In this document: piece after piece, positions 53,625 to 64,000 of the stretch
Position numbering within the stretch: position 1 is the stretch's first letter
Layout: each line of letters opens with the position of its first letter
Made by a program: the position numbers and the translations under genes
Notes under the pieces: model-generated
The model's database searches: none
Seen by the model: the letters and a program-made list of their open reading frames with translations, nothing else
Told to the model about the DNA's origin: nothing
Assembly: GCF_006345805.1 (NCBI RefSeq)
Contig: NC_043003.1
Coordinates: 70,122,001 to 70,186,000, forward strand
Length of the DNA: 64,000 bases
Reading direction: 5' to 3'
Origin: Octopus sinensis
Taxonomy: Eukaryota

Positions 53625-54597
53625 CTGTTGAAGGGATTGGCGCGAGTTGCCTTGTTTAGGTTCGCCTTCAGCACATCATTCACCGATTTGAATGCTCTCC
53701 GTCCTGCTTTTACCTCCCACTGTTAGCCGACCGATCAGTACGCCCCCACACTGTACGTACTTGGTTTTCGTACGGTTGATCTTCAGGCCAACCGCCGAAC
53801 CCCTGAAATCCAGTTCGCCTAGCACGGTCTGTAGCTGATCGGTCCTCTCCGCTGTCAGCGCTGTGTCATCAGCAAATCTCAAATGGGTGAGCAGCTCTCC
53901 GTTTACCCTTATGCTTCCGTTCCAGTTTATGTCTCGCATGACCATCTTGAGGACACGCCGTGAAAAGTTTAGGAGAGATGGTGCCTCCTTGTTTGACACC
54001 CTTCTCCACTGGAACATTGACTGGTGAGGATGAAAAAGCGGAGAAACATGAATAGAGATGGGAAACACCTGGCAGAATATTCTATTCTCTGCAAGGCAAT
54101 AAGAAAGTGTCTTGAGAATGATTTCGAGAGGTACAGAAAGGAGAAGATCCTGAAGACCGCGCGAGAACGGAAGAACCTAAAAAAATGCGAAAGGGAGACG
54201 ATGCTTTATTGAACGGAAGTAACGACGCTGAAGAACCAGGAAGGCAATGCAGTGACCAACAGAAGAGGTGTGGAAAAAGTCTGCAAAACCTTATACACAA
54301 ACCTCTTTAAATCGAGAGCAGTGATTGTGCCTCCATCTTTGGAAAGTGAAAGAGAGAAACTATCATCTGTTCTGATCAGTGAAGTCCAGAGAACCCTCAA
54401 AACCGATGAACAAAGGTAAAGTACTGACCAAGGAAGGTATAGCATCTGATATGCTGCAGGACAGCGGAGAGCAGCCATGGTAAACCCTCGCTCTACGCTT
54501 CAACCGCTACCTAGAGTAAGGGTCACTATCTTCCCAATGGGAAGAGTCATGTACGATCCTACTGTACAAGAAGGGCGATAAGGAAGATCTGAAGAAC
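53625..54597. mobile_element. RTE-type LINE fragment with internal inversion
   Basis: Minus strand 53625-54010: LTHLRFADD..GLKINRTKTK. Plus strand 54010-54597: upstream linker ending in a decayed LLYKKGDKEDLK-like motif. Confidence 0.7.
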
Positions 54598-54754
54598 TAA
54601 ACCTTTAAAATAAACAGTTAAAATGAACTGTTAAAACAAACCGTTAAAACAAACCTTTAAAATAAACCGCTAAAACAAACCGTTAAAATAAACCGTTAAA
54701 ACAAACCGTTAAAATAAACCGTTAAAACAAACCGTTAAAACAAACCGTTAAAAT
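54598..54754. repeat. 13-bp tandem minisatellite AAACCGTTAAAAY, about 12 copies
   Basis: Direct inspection. Confidence 0.9.
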
Positions 54755-55861
54755 GAAAATCATGTCTTTTTAACAGAGGAAACACGAATTGTTGTTACTT
54801 ATTTTATTGACTTTGAAGAAATGAAAGGCAGCAGTGAAACTGGTGGAATTTGAACTCTAGACGTCGAGAGAAGGAACTAAATATTGCAAGTATATCGAGG
54901 AATTGCGGAGCCGATGAAGAGGCTTCCATGTGGTTGTTAAAAACAGCGGCTAGATCGCCATCAAATAATAACACCATATTGTCTTAAACAAAGAAAGGGC
55001 ACATTTTAACCCCTTCGTTCCCTCTGCAGCATAGGCTGTCGATGACTTTTCTTCCTTGTTTTCAATTCTGGATTGTTGAACTTGGGTGTCCTCACCCAGG
55101 TTTTTGTTGGATTTGAATAATTCTGTAAGCTTGCTTTTTTTTTCTAGGTAGGGTATGCAAACCCACTTTTACCTCTAGGAAGAGGTGGTTCGTTTTTTTC
55201 TGGCCTTTGTCCTTTGACCTGTCCAACATAGGAGGCCCTAACAGAAGCTTGCTCTCTGCTGACAAGGTTATCGAGGCATCCAAGCCACCACAATATGGAC
55301 TCGACCTTGTAGTGGACATATTAGTCTTACATAGTCTTAATATGACGAGTTGGTCACGGTTGGAAGAAATATCAGAGCTGACCTAAACAACAATAACAGC
55401 AACAAGAGTAAGAATAACAATCAATTCACTCGCCCTAGATGTCGGTTTCGAATTTTGGCGCAAGGCCAGACATTGCCGGGGAGAAACTAAGTCGAATACG
55501 TCGACCTCAGTACTCGACTGGTACCTTTTTTTTTATCGATCCTGAAAGGATGAAAGGCAAAGTAGACCCCGGCAGAATTTGAACTCAGAACGTCGCGACG
55601 GACGAAATACCGCTAAGCATTCCTTCCAGCGTGCTAACGATTCGGTCAGCTCACCGCTCCGAAAGGATGAAAGGCAAAGTCGACCCTAGCGGCATTTGTA
55701 CTCAAGATAAAGTCGGATGAAATGCCGCTAAGCATTTTGTTTGGCACGGTGACGATTCTTCCTGCTCACCGTATTACTCGCCCTAAATACTGAAATCTTT
55801 TGGTTAAAAAATCGAGGAAAACATGATTTTGTGGCTATCAGTATTTCCCCAAAAACATTAC

Positions 55862-55980
55862 CGGCGTAAGTGAATTGATTTCAACAGAGTCGAGGAAACG
55901 GCTCTGGATAAAGAGTTAACCAATTAAAGAATAAATAATAGAGAAGTGGAAATAGAACCAGTGCGTGTGTCTGTTGACAT
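55862..55980 (-). CDS. Candidate upstream exon of gene C with signal-peptide-like start and one in-frame TAA
   Basis: Reads MSTDTRTGSISTSLLFIL*LVNSLSRAVSSTLLKSIHLR, then CG|GTAATG. The phase-2 end matches the 52830 exon. Confidence 0.22.
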
Positions 55981-56305
55981 AATGATCCTCCCAAAATACA
56001 ACACAAGAATCTTACAAACCAAATACCAAAGCAAGAAATTCCGAACGTTTTGCCGTTGCCGTCTTCATCTGACTCATTCCTTACGAATGTCTGACCCACA
56101 AATGTCTGTTTTTTATCATAGATAAAACAGCGTTGATAAGATAATTAAGTAATTATAGTCGTTTGCCTCTTATGTCAATCGCGAACGAGCTGACCTATGA
56201 AAAAATACCATCCTTGCCGTTGTAGTCTGACGCAGTTTATCTCAGAGTGCACCACCCAGTGTACATTTACTCTCAATTCTTAAAAACGTCAGTGTGATTT
56301 TAGAG

Positions 56306-56975
56306 AAGGCGGCGAGCTGGCAGAATCGTTAGCACGCCGAGCGGAATGCCTAGCGGCATTTCGCTCGTCGCTACGTTCTGAGTTCAAATTCCGCCGAGGC
56401 CGACTTTGCTTTTCATACTTTCGGGATCGATAAAAATAAGTACCGGTGAAACACTGGGTTAGATGTAATCGACTAGTCCCCTCCTACCAAAATTCAGACC
56501 TTGTGTCTATAGTAGAAAAAATTATTATCATTATTAATGAAGGCGGCGAGCTGGCAGAAACGTTAGCACGCCGGGCGGAATACTTAGCGGTATTTCGTCT
56601 GTCTTTACGTTCTGAGTTCAAATTTCGCCGAGGTTGACTTTGCCTTTCATCCTTTCGGAGTCGATTAAATAAGTACCAGTTATGCACTGGGGTCGATATA
56701 ATCGACTTAATCCTCTCCCCCAAGTTGTCCTTGTGACAAAAATTTGAAATCATTATTATTATTATTATTAAGGCGGCGAGCTGGCAGAAACGTTAGCACG
56801 CCGGGCGAAATGCTTAGCCGTATTTCGTCTGCCGTTATGTTCTGAGTTCAAATTCCGCCGAGGTCGACTTTGTCTTTCATTCTTTCGGGATCGATGAAAT
56901 AAGTACCAGTTGAGCACTGGGGTGTCGATGTAATCGACTAGCATCTCCCTCTCCCAAAATTCCAGGCCTTGTACC
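56306..56975 (+). mobile_element. Three tandem copies of tRNA-headed SINE family C (dense cluster 55410-61430; also 5744-5965, 25205-25425, 27040-27490, 35640-35860, 38770-39250)
   Basis: AAGGCGGCGAGCTGGCAGAA..GTTCAAATTCCGCCGAGGTCGACTTTGCCTTTCATCCTTTCGGGGTCGATAAA..AAGTACCAG consensus with (ATT)n tails. Confidence 0.85.
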
Positions 56976-57210
56976 CAGTAAAACTAGCAATATACTACTC
57001 TTATTTTAGTTTTCAAACTGATATCGTATTCATCCACCAAACGATGGCGAACTTTTCCAAATACACTTTTAATATTTTTTTCTACTCTAAGCGCAAAACC
57101 CGAAATTTTGGGGGACGGGGCTAGTCGAATTTGAACTCAGAACGTAAAGACAGACGAAATACCGCTAAGCATTTTGCCCGGTGTGCTAACGATTCTTCCA
57201 GCTCGCCGCT

Positions 57211-57261
<51 letters not shown>

Positions 57262-57511
57262 TTCTTTTCTATTCTAGGCACAAGGCCCAAATTTTTTTGG
57301 GAGGGGGCCAGTTAATTAGATCGACCCAGTATGCAACTGGTACTTAATTTATCGACCCCGAAAGGATGAAAGGCAAAGTCGACCTCGGCGGTATAATAAT
57401 AATAATACTGATTCAACAATTTGAGTTGAAGAAATAGAACAATAAAAGAACTTTATCATGCATTCAGCAGGCACAGTTGTCCAATTCCAGGCCAAATCAA
57501 AAATCGCCATT

Positions 57512-57525
57512 GTCTCCATGGTGAC
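57512..57525. promoter_or_regulatory. RFX X-box-like palindrome GTCTCCATGGTGAC
   Basis: Resembles the X-box consensus GTNNCCATGGNNAC and lies in unique CpG-retaining sequence. Confidence 0.3.
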
Positions 57526-57634
57526 TTCATAGTAAACTCCATATCTGGACTTAACTACCGTTCACGCATCCATCGCAAATGTTTCCTCATCCTTTTTTAA
57601 AAATCCTTTCCTTCAAATACACATACGTCAAAAC

Positions 57635-57635
<1 letters not shown>

Positions 57636-57667
<32 letters not shown>

Positions 57668-57720
57668 TTTGTAGTAATAGTAGTAGTAGCAATAGTTGCA
57701 GTAGTAGTAGTTGTAGCAGT

Positions 57721-57752
<32 letters not shown>

Positions 57753-57930
57753 TAGTAGTAGCAGCAGCAGAAGTTGTAGTTGTAGTAGTTTTAGTAGTAG
57801 AATTAGTAGCAGTAGTGGTAGTAGTGGTAGTAGTAGCAGCAACAGCAATAGTAGTTGTAGCAGCAGCAGTTGTAGTTGTAGTAGTAGCAGTAGTAGTGGT
57901 AGTAATAACTGCTACAGCAGTAGTTGTAGT

Positions 57931-57998
<68 letters not shown>

Positions 57999-58135
57999 TA
58001 TTAGTAGTAGTAGTGGTAATAGTAACAGCAACAGTAATAGTTGTAGTTATAGTAGTAGTAGTGGTAGTAGTAGCAGCAGCAGCAACAGCTACAACAACAG
58101 CAGCAGCAGCAGCAGTAGTCGTAGTAGCAGTTGAA
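57636..58135. repeat. Compound trinucleotide array (GTA/GCA/GTT)n
   Basis: About 500 bp with strict triplet periodicity. Confidence 0.95.
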
Positions 58136-60343
58136 GCAGGATCAAAAGATAACCTGAAATACATTTTAAAAATTATATTTTATGCGGAGATACGAACAGG
58201 AAGAGAAATTTCAGTGAAGAAATCAGACGAGAATCTTATCCAAATCTCTTTGTTTAGGGAAGAAAAAAGAAAAAAAAAATGGCAGAAGTAAAACGTTGCA
58301 TTCTAAGTAATTCTGTGAAGAGGAAATAGATATAGGTCAGGTCAAAAAAAAAAAAAAAAGAGGAAATAGATATAGGTCAGGTCAAACGTATGCTAGACTT
58401 CAGTGTCTGACATTGGCAGCAAGATTTACCATTAAACCATGTAAGCTGGAATTTCTTACCAATCTAGAAAGAGAGGTCTTTTACCAATTTTTTTTTTTTT
58501 GTTTGGAATTAAATTCTTTGCATTGCAAGAATATTCGGTAAAATAAATAAAATCAATGACTGGCCTAGAAAAGGTAGAAGATGGGGGTGTTGGTAGGGGT
58601 TTGATTCTACTCCCAACTTCTCCCACCTCGTTTGCATATTTTTCTTTCTCCTAATAATTGTATCCGTTATCGTTTTTTGTTTTTGTTTCAGTTATTCGAC
58701 TGCGGCCATGCTGGGGCACCGCATTGAACGGCTTTTAGTCGAACAAACCGATATCAGTATTTACCTTTTTTCTTTTTAAAAGCGTGATATTCATTTTATC
58801 GGTGTCCTTTGCCGAACCGCTAGGTTACTGGGACGTTAACAAATACCAGTTATCAAGCGGTGGTGGTGGTAGTAGACACACACACACGCACACACATACA
58901 CGCACGTACGCACACGCACGTACGCACACGCACGTACGCACACGCACGTACGCACACGCACGTACGCACACGCACACACACACGCACATACACACACGCA
59001 TGCACACACACTTATATCCGACTGGCTTCAACACAGTTTCCGCGTCCCAAATTCTCTCACAAGGCATAGATCGATTCGGAGGTTTAGTAGAAGATACTTG
59101 CTCAAGATGCCACGCAGTATGTTGATATGTAATTTGCATTCTATGTGTTCCGAAGGCAGTTAGATGGCAGAAGCGGTAGAACGTCGAATAAAGTGCACAG
59201 CGACATTTCTTCCGATTCATTTCTTTCTTAGTTCAAGTTCCATCGAGGTCAACTTTGTCTTTCATATTCTTTTCTACTCTAAGCACAAGACCCTAAATTT
59301 TGGGGGAGGGGTTCAGTCGATTAGATCGATCACAGTACGCAACTGGTACTCAATTTATCCGAAAAGATGAAAGGCAAAGTCGACCTCGGCAGAATTTGAA
59401 CTCAGAATGTAAAGACAGACGAAATACCGCTAAGCATTTCGCCTGGCGTGCTAGCGTTTCTTATTTCTTTATTGCCTACAAGGGACTAAACATAGAGGGG
59501 ACAAACAAAGACAGACAAAGAGATTAAGTCGATTACATCGATCCCAGTGCATAACTGGTAGTTAATTTATCGACCCCGAAAGGATGAAAGGCAGTCGACC
59601 TCGGCGGAATTTTAACTCAGAACGTAGCGGCAACGAAATACCCATTTCTTTACTACCCACAAGGGGCTAAGCACAGAGAGGACAAACAAGGACAGACAAA
59701 CAAACGGATTAAGTCGATTATATCGACTCCAGTGCGTAACTGGTACTATTTAATCAACCTCGAAAGGATGAAAGGCAAAGTCGACCTCGGCTGAATTTGA
59801 ACTCAGAATATAAAGACAGACGAAATACCGCTAAGCATTTCGCCCGGCGTGCTAACGTTTCTGCCAGCTCGCCGCCTTTCATATTTTCAGGGTTGATGGA
59901 ATAAAGCATCAGTCAAGAGCTGGGATCGATGTAATCGATTCTGCCTCTCCCCTAAAATTGCGGGCCTTGTGCCAAGATTTCAAAGAATTACGTTTAGGTG
60001 GCCGCCGGACAAATTTTCCTGACAGTGTTCCTTCCGACATTACGTTCTGAGTTCAAATTATGCCGAGGCCAACTTCACTCTCCATCGTTTCAGGGTCGAT
60101 AAAATAAAGTACTAGTCAAGTACTGAGGTTGACAGAATTGATTATCCCCCACCCCTCAAATTTTGTGGCTGATGCTAAAGTTAGAAACCATTTGAAATCA
60201 GTAGGCGTAGGAGTGGCTGCTTCTGGGTTCATTGCCATTGCGTGGAACCTTGGGCAAGTGTTTTCTACTATAGCCACGGGCCGACCAAAGTCTTGTGAGT
60301 GGATTTGGTAGATGGAAACTGAAAGAAGCCCGTCGTATGTATG

Positions 60344-60386
<43 letters not shown>

Positions 60387-60789
60387 ATATATATATATAT
60401 GTATGTATGTGTGTGTGCATATGTGTGTTTGTCTGTCCCTCCAACAACCGATGGTGGTGTGTTTACGTCTCTGTAGCGTAACGATTCGATAAAAAAGACC
60501 GATAGAATAAGTACTAAGCTTACAAAAAAATAAGTCCTGGGGTCTATTTGTTCGACTAAAGGCGGTGCTCCAGCATGGCCGCAATCAAATGACTGAAACA
60601 AATAAAAGAATAAAAGAATATGCGTTATTGTTGTTGTCGGCTTTATGCAACCACGACCATCACGCCTTTTGGACTCCATCATCCAACATGCCCTTCCGTT
60701 TTTAAGAAAGTAGAGTATAATTTGAGTAAAGAGAAAAATAACTAGTTTTAAATCTCTGAGCGAGCGATAAGCAGTAACAGTACCGAACA

Positions 60790-60932
60790 GTAAAGTTTAT
60801 TTCCCAACTAAATGTAGCAGACCTACACAGGACGATGTTACTGCTGTTTTAGCCTCAGGAAAACAGCTTTTTCTGGGGCTAAAACATCGTCCTGTGTAGG
60901 TCTGTCACATTTTGTTGGCAAATAATCTTTAC
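60790..60932. mobile_element. Near-perfect hairpin MITE related to the 28.9-kb element
   Basis: CAGACCTACACAGGACGATGT / ACATCGTCCTGTGTAGGTCTG stem, with shared GTAAAG..CCAAC and GGGGCTAAA motifs. Confidence 0.7.
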
Positions 60933-62365
60933 AATTTGAGTAAGATTTCGCTATTTCTAGCAAGTTGATTGACAACTTCGGGTCTCTTTGGCTTGTAGAA
61001 CAACGATTTCACATTTTGGTACAAGGCGGAAAATTTGAGGAGGAAGAAGCTAAGTCAATTACATCGACCCCAGTAGTCAACTGGTACTTATTTTATCAAC
61101 ATTGAAAGGATGAAAGACAAAGTCGATTTCGACAGCACTTGAACTCAGAATGTAAAACCGGAAGAAATGCCGCTAAGCATTTTGTCCGGTGTGTTAACGA
61201 TTCTGCCAGCTAGTCTCCTTCGTTAGCTCCTAAAATAATCTTTTCTATAAGAGGCACAAGGTTTGAAATTAGGTGGGAGGGGGCATGTCGGTTACATTAG
61301 CGCCAGTGCTCAACTGGCCCTTTTGAAACCCGAAAGGAGGAATGATAAAGTCGACCTCGGCGGAATTTGAACTCAGAATGTAACTAGTCGGAAGAAATGC
61401 TGTTAAAAATCTTGTCTAATGCGCTACCGACCCGTAAAATAATGAACTAGTTTTATGTAAAACTACCACAAAGAAAAGTAAGATTGCTTCCAGTTCATGC
61501 CATGAAATGACAGCTTTTTTGGCATTCTCAATAAATCGTTGTGGTATCTCATTTGTTAAAATTGAATTTTTGTTTCTGGGAATCGACAATAATTACGCCA
61601 GGCTATGTTATGCTGGCGATTTCGAAAAAGAATGAAGTGGTACTACACGTCTTTTATCTTTTACTTGTTTCAGTCATTAGACTTCAGCCATGTTGGAACA
61701 CTACCTTGAAGAATTCATAGTCGAATGAATCGGCCCTAGTACTTTCTACCTTTTCCTTCTGCCGAACCGCTAAGTTACGGAGACGTAAACACACCACTAC
61801 CAGCTATCAAGCAGTGGTAGTGGTGGTGGTGGTGCGAGACAAACACAGATACATAGTCACGCGCACATTCATATACAGATTACATATGACTGGTTTCTTT
61901 CAGTTTCCGTCTACCAGATCCACTCACAAGGCTATTATCGGCCTGAGACCACTAGACTCACCCCTATCATTCTCTGCTTAGCGGCTTGCAGTATTCTATT
62001 TCAGCTCCAGCTATCCTTTCTCTTTGCTCATATTCACGTTAAGCTCTTCTCAGCTCTCTCAGGCAGGCGTTTTATCATCGCTGTACTTTTGCAACATTTG
62101 ATTCTCAGTTGACCTAGCTGTTGGTACATTTGCTCATCTTACATTGGTATTGTTCATCTATTCGACTCTCATAAGGGTCTGTCAGTGCGACCAAGATAAT
62201 TCTGGCCTCCGGTGCCCACCATTTATTTTCAAACACCATACGTCCATAAAATATAGTACCTCTGGATGAAAACTACCGTTAACTTGCCTTTCAATGGTTA
62301 TATACATTGAGTATGATACGTAGATAGCTATTTTAATCTAATGCTACTTCTGTTTCTTATAACAG

Positions 62366-62456
62366 GAAGAACTCTATCTTTGACTATCAGCCTGTTTTGA
62401 ATGTTTGGCAACCCAAAAACAGAAAATAATAACAAAATACCCGATGTACAAAACGG
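62366..62456 (+). CDS. Candidate exon (5' UTR + MFGNPKTENNNKIPDVQN-G) of a gene extending beyond the window
   Basis: CTTCTGTTTCTTATAACAG| acceptor, ATG at 62401, CGG|GTATGG donor, in unique sequence. Confidence 0.28.
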
Positions 62457-62951
62457 GTATGGATACGGGTAAAACACAAAGGATGAAAAACGAAAGATTA
62501 TATGAAATGAAAATGGATTTGGTTGGTTTATATGGCAGCATTTCAAAAACTAAAGTTTATCGAAAAGTTTAAAATTTGGCACAATAATATACTTTTCCAA
62601 GCTGAATTGCTGGAGTTATTTCACTTTTTCCAGAAAAATGTTTTTATAAAGTTATACAGGTTTAAAGTTTGATCCCTTTTCACCCAGTCAAAAAACAGGA
62701 TTTGGAAGCTATCATTTTGTGCGTGACTGCGCATTTTGTTGTCAGCATCCTGAAAATAGCTTGTGTTGTCAATATTTGTAAACAACACGTGTTTTGTAGT
62801 TTGAAGCATTCAATAGGCTTTCAATGCGACAGCACGAACTTAAAAAAGATTTATCTAAAATACGTTATTTAGCTGTTATTTTTAGCACACTTCAATGACA
62901 AAAAGAAACGAGTAAACAAGTAGTTTTAAGCATTCAATATGCATTTAACTT

Positions 62952-63273
62952 GGAGGCACAATGGCCCAGTGGTTAGAGCAGCTGACTCGCAGTCGTAGGA
63001 TTACGGTTTCGATTCCCAGACAGAGCGCTGTGAGTGTTTATTGACCGAAAACATCTAAGGCTCCGGCAGGGGGGTGGGGTGGGGTGGCGAACCCTGCTGT
63101 ACTCTTTCTCTCACTCTTTCTTTCTGTTTCTGTTACGCTGAATCTCCCGAGAACTGCGTTAAGGGTACACGTGTCTGTGGAGTGCTCAGTCACTTGCACG
63201 TTAATTTCACGAGCAGGCTGTTCCGTTGATCGGATCAACTGGAACCCTCATCATCGTAACCGACGGAGTGCCA
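62952..63273 (+). mobile_element. tRNA-headed SINE family D (others: 36572-36872+, 21554-21939-, 49580-49760-, 20705-20890+ partial)
   Basis: GGAGGCRCAATGGCCCAGTGGTTAG..GGTTTCGATTCCC head and a shared body ending GTAACCGACGGAGTGCCA. Confidence 0.8.
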
Positions 63274-63617
63274 CGAATACATTTAATGCAAATGCGATAA
63301 ACACATTAAAATTTTTCAAAGTGTAGTCCACATCACGAGCAGTTGTTCCTATGAGGCAGCGGACATTTTCCAATGCAGTCCATAGAAAGGACAGAGTTGA
63401 AGATCAAATTGTAAGAAGTTGTGTAGAGGAGATGCACAGACATGTAGGCGCAGGAGTGGCTGTGTGGTAAGTAGCTTGCTTACCAACCACATGGTTCCGG
63501 GTTCAGTCCCACTGCGTGGCACCTTGGGCAAGTGTCTTCTACTATAGCCTCAGGTCGACCAAAGCCTTGTGAGTGGATTTGGTAGACGGAAACAGTAAGA
63601 AGCCCGTCGTATATATG

Positions 63618-63691
<74 letters not shown>

Positions 63692-64000
63692 CGTGTATGT
63701 TTGTGTGTCTGTGTTTGTCCCCCTAGCATTGCTTGACAACCGATGCTGGTGTGTTTATGTCCCCGTCACTTAGCGGTTAGGCAAAAGAGACCGATAGAAT
63801 AAGTACTGGGCTTCCAAAAGAATAAGTCCCGGGATCAAGTTGTTCGATTAAAGGCGGTGCTCCAACATGGCCGCAGTCAAATGACTGAAACAAGTAAAAG
63901 AGTAAAAGAGTAAAAGAGACATTATTTTAAAGAATGTAGGTTGAACGGATTCGTAAAAACCTCGGTGGAATCTAGACATACTTGGTTGTAGAGCTAATTA

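Noticed and set aside
55881-56099. Track ORF MGQTFVRNESDEDG.. with a hydrophobic C-terminal half
   Set aside because: It starts at GTG, has a weak acceptor and stops before the available donor; unsupported as a CDS.

Overview
AT-rich, repeat-dense animal genomic DNA. The SINE families and microsatellite load suggest an octopus-like coleoid cephalopod (inference from recognised repeat types, not a database match). Most ORFs in the supplied track are microsatellite artefacts. One spliced gene is well supported: a five-coding-exon + strand gene (39543-47719) for an uncharacterised ~205-aa Ser/Asn-rich protein. Its reading frame breaks by one base inside exon 3 unless a T4 run is really T5. Weaker evidence suggests a divergent - strand gene (first exon near 26.0 kb) and small candidate exons at 52.7-56.0 kb and 62.4 kb. 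The rest is nested mobile DNA: degenerate RTE, R4/Dong, CR1 and Penelope-like fragments, at least three tRNA-headed SINE families, piggyBac-type TTAA MITEs, a non-autonomous Helitron and hairpin MITEs. The most striking signal is a set of minimal, dimer-type hammerhead ribozyme motifs in three unrelated repeat families. One family appears to be a tRNA-promoter (Pol III) SINE carrying a hammerhead, and one copy is a TSD-flanked palindrome with a hammerhead on each strand. Another motif has a U3:A8 core variant inside a perfect 103-bp inverted repeat.
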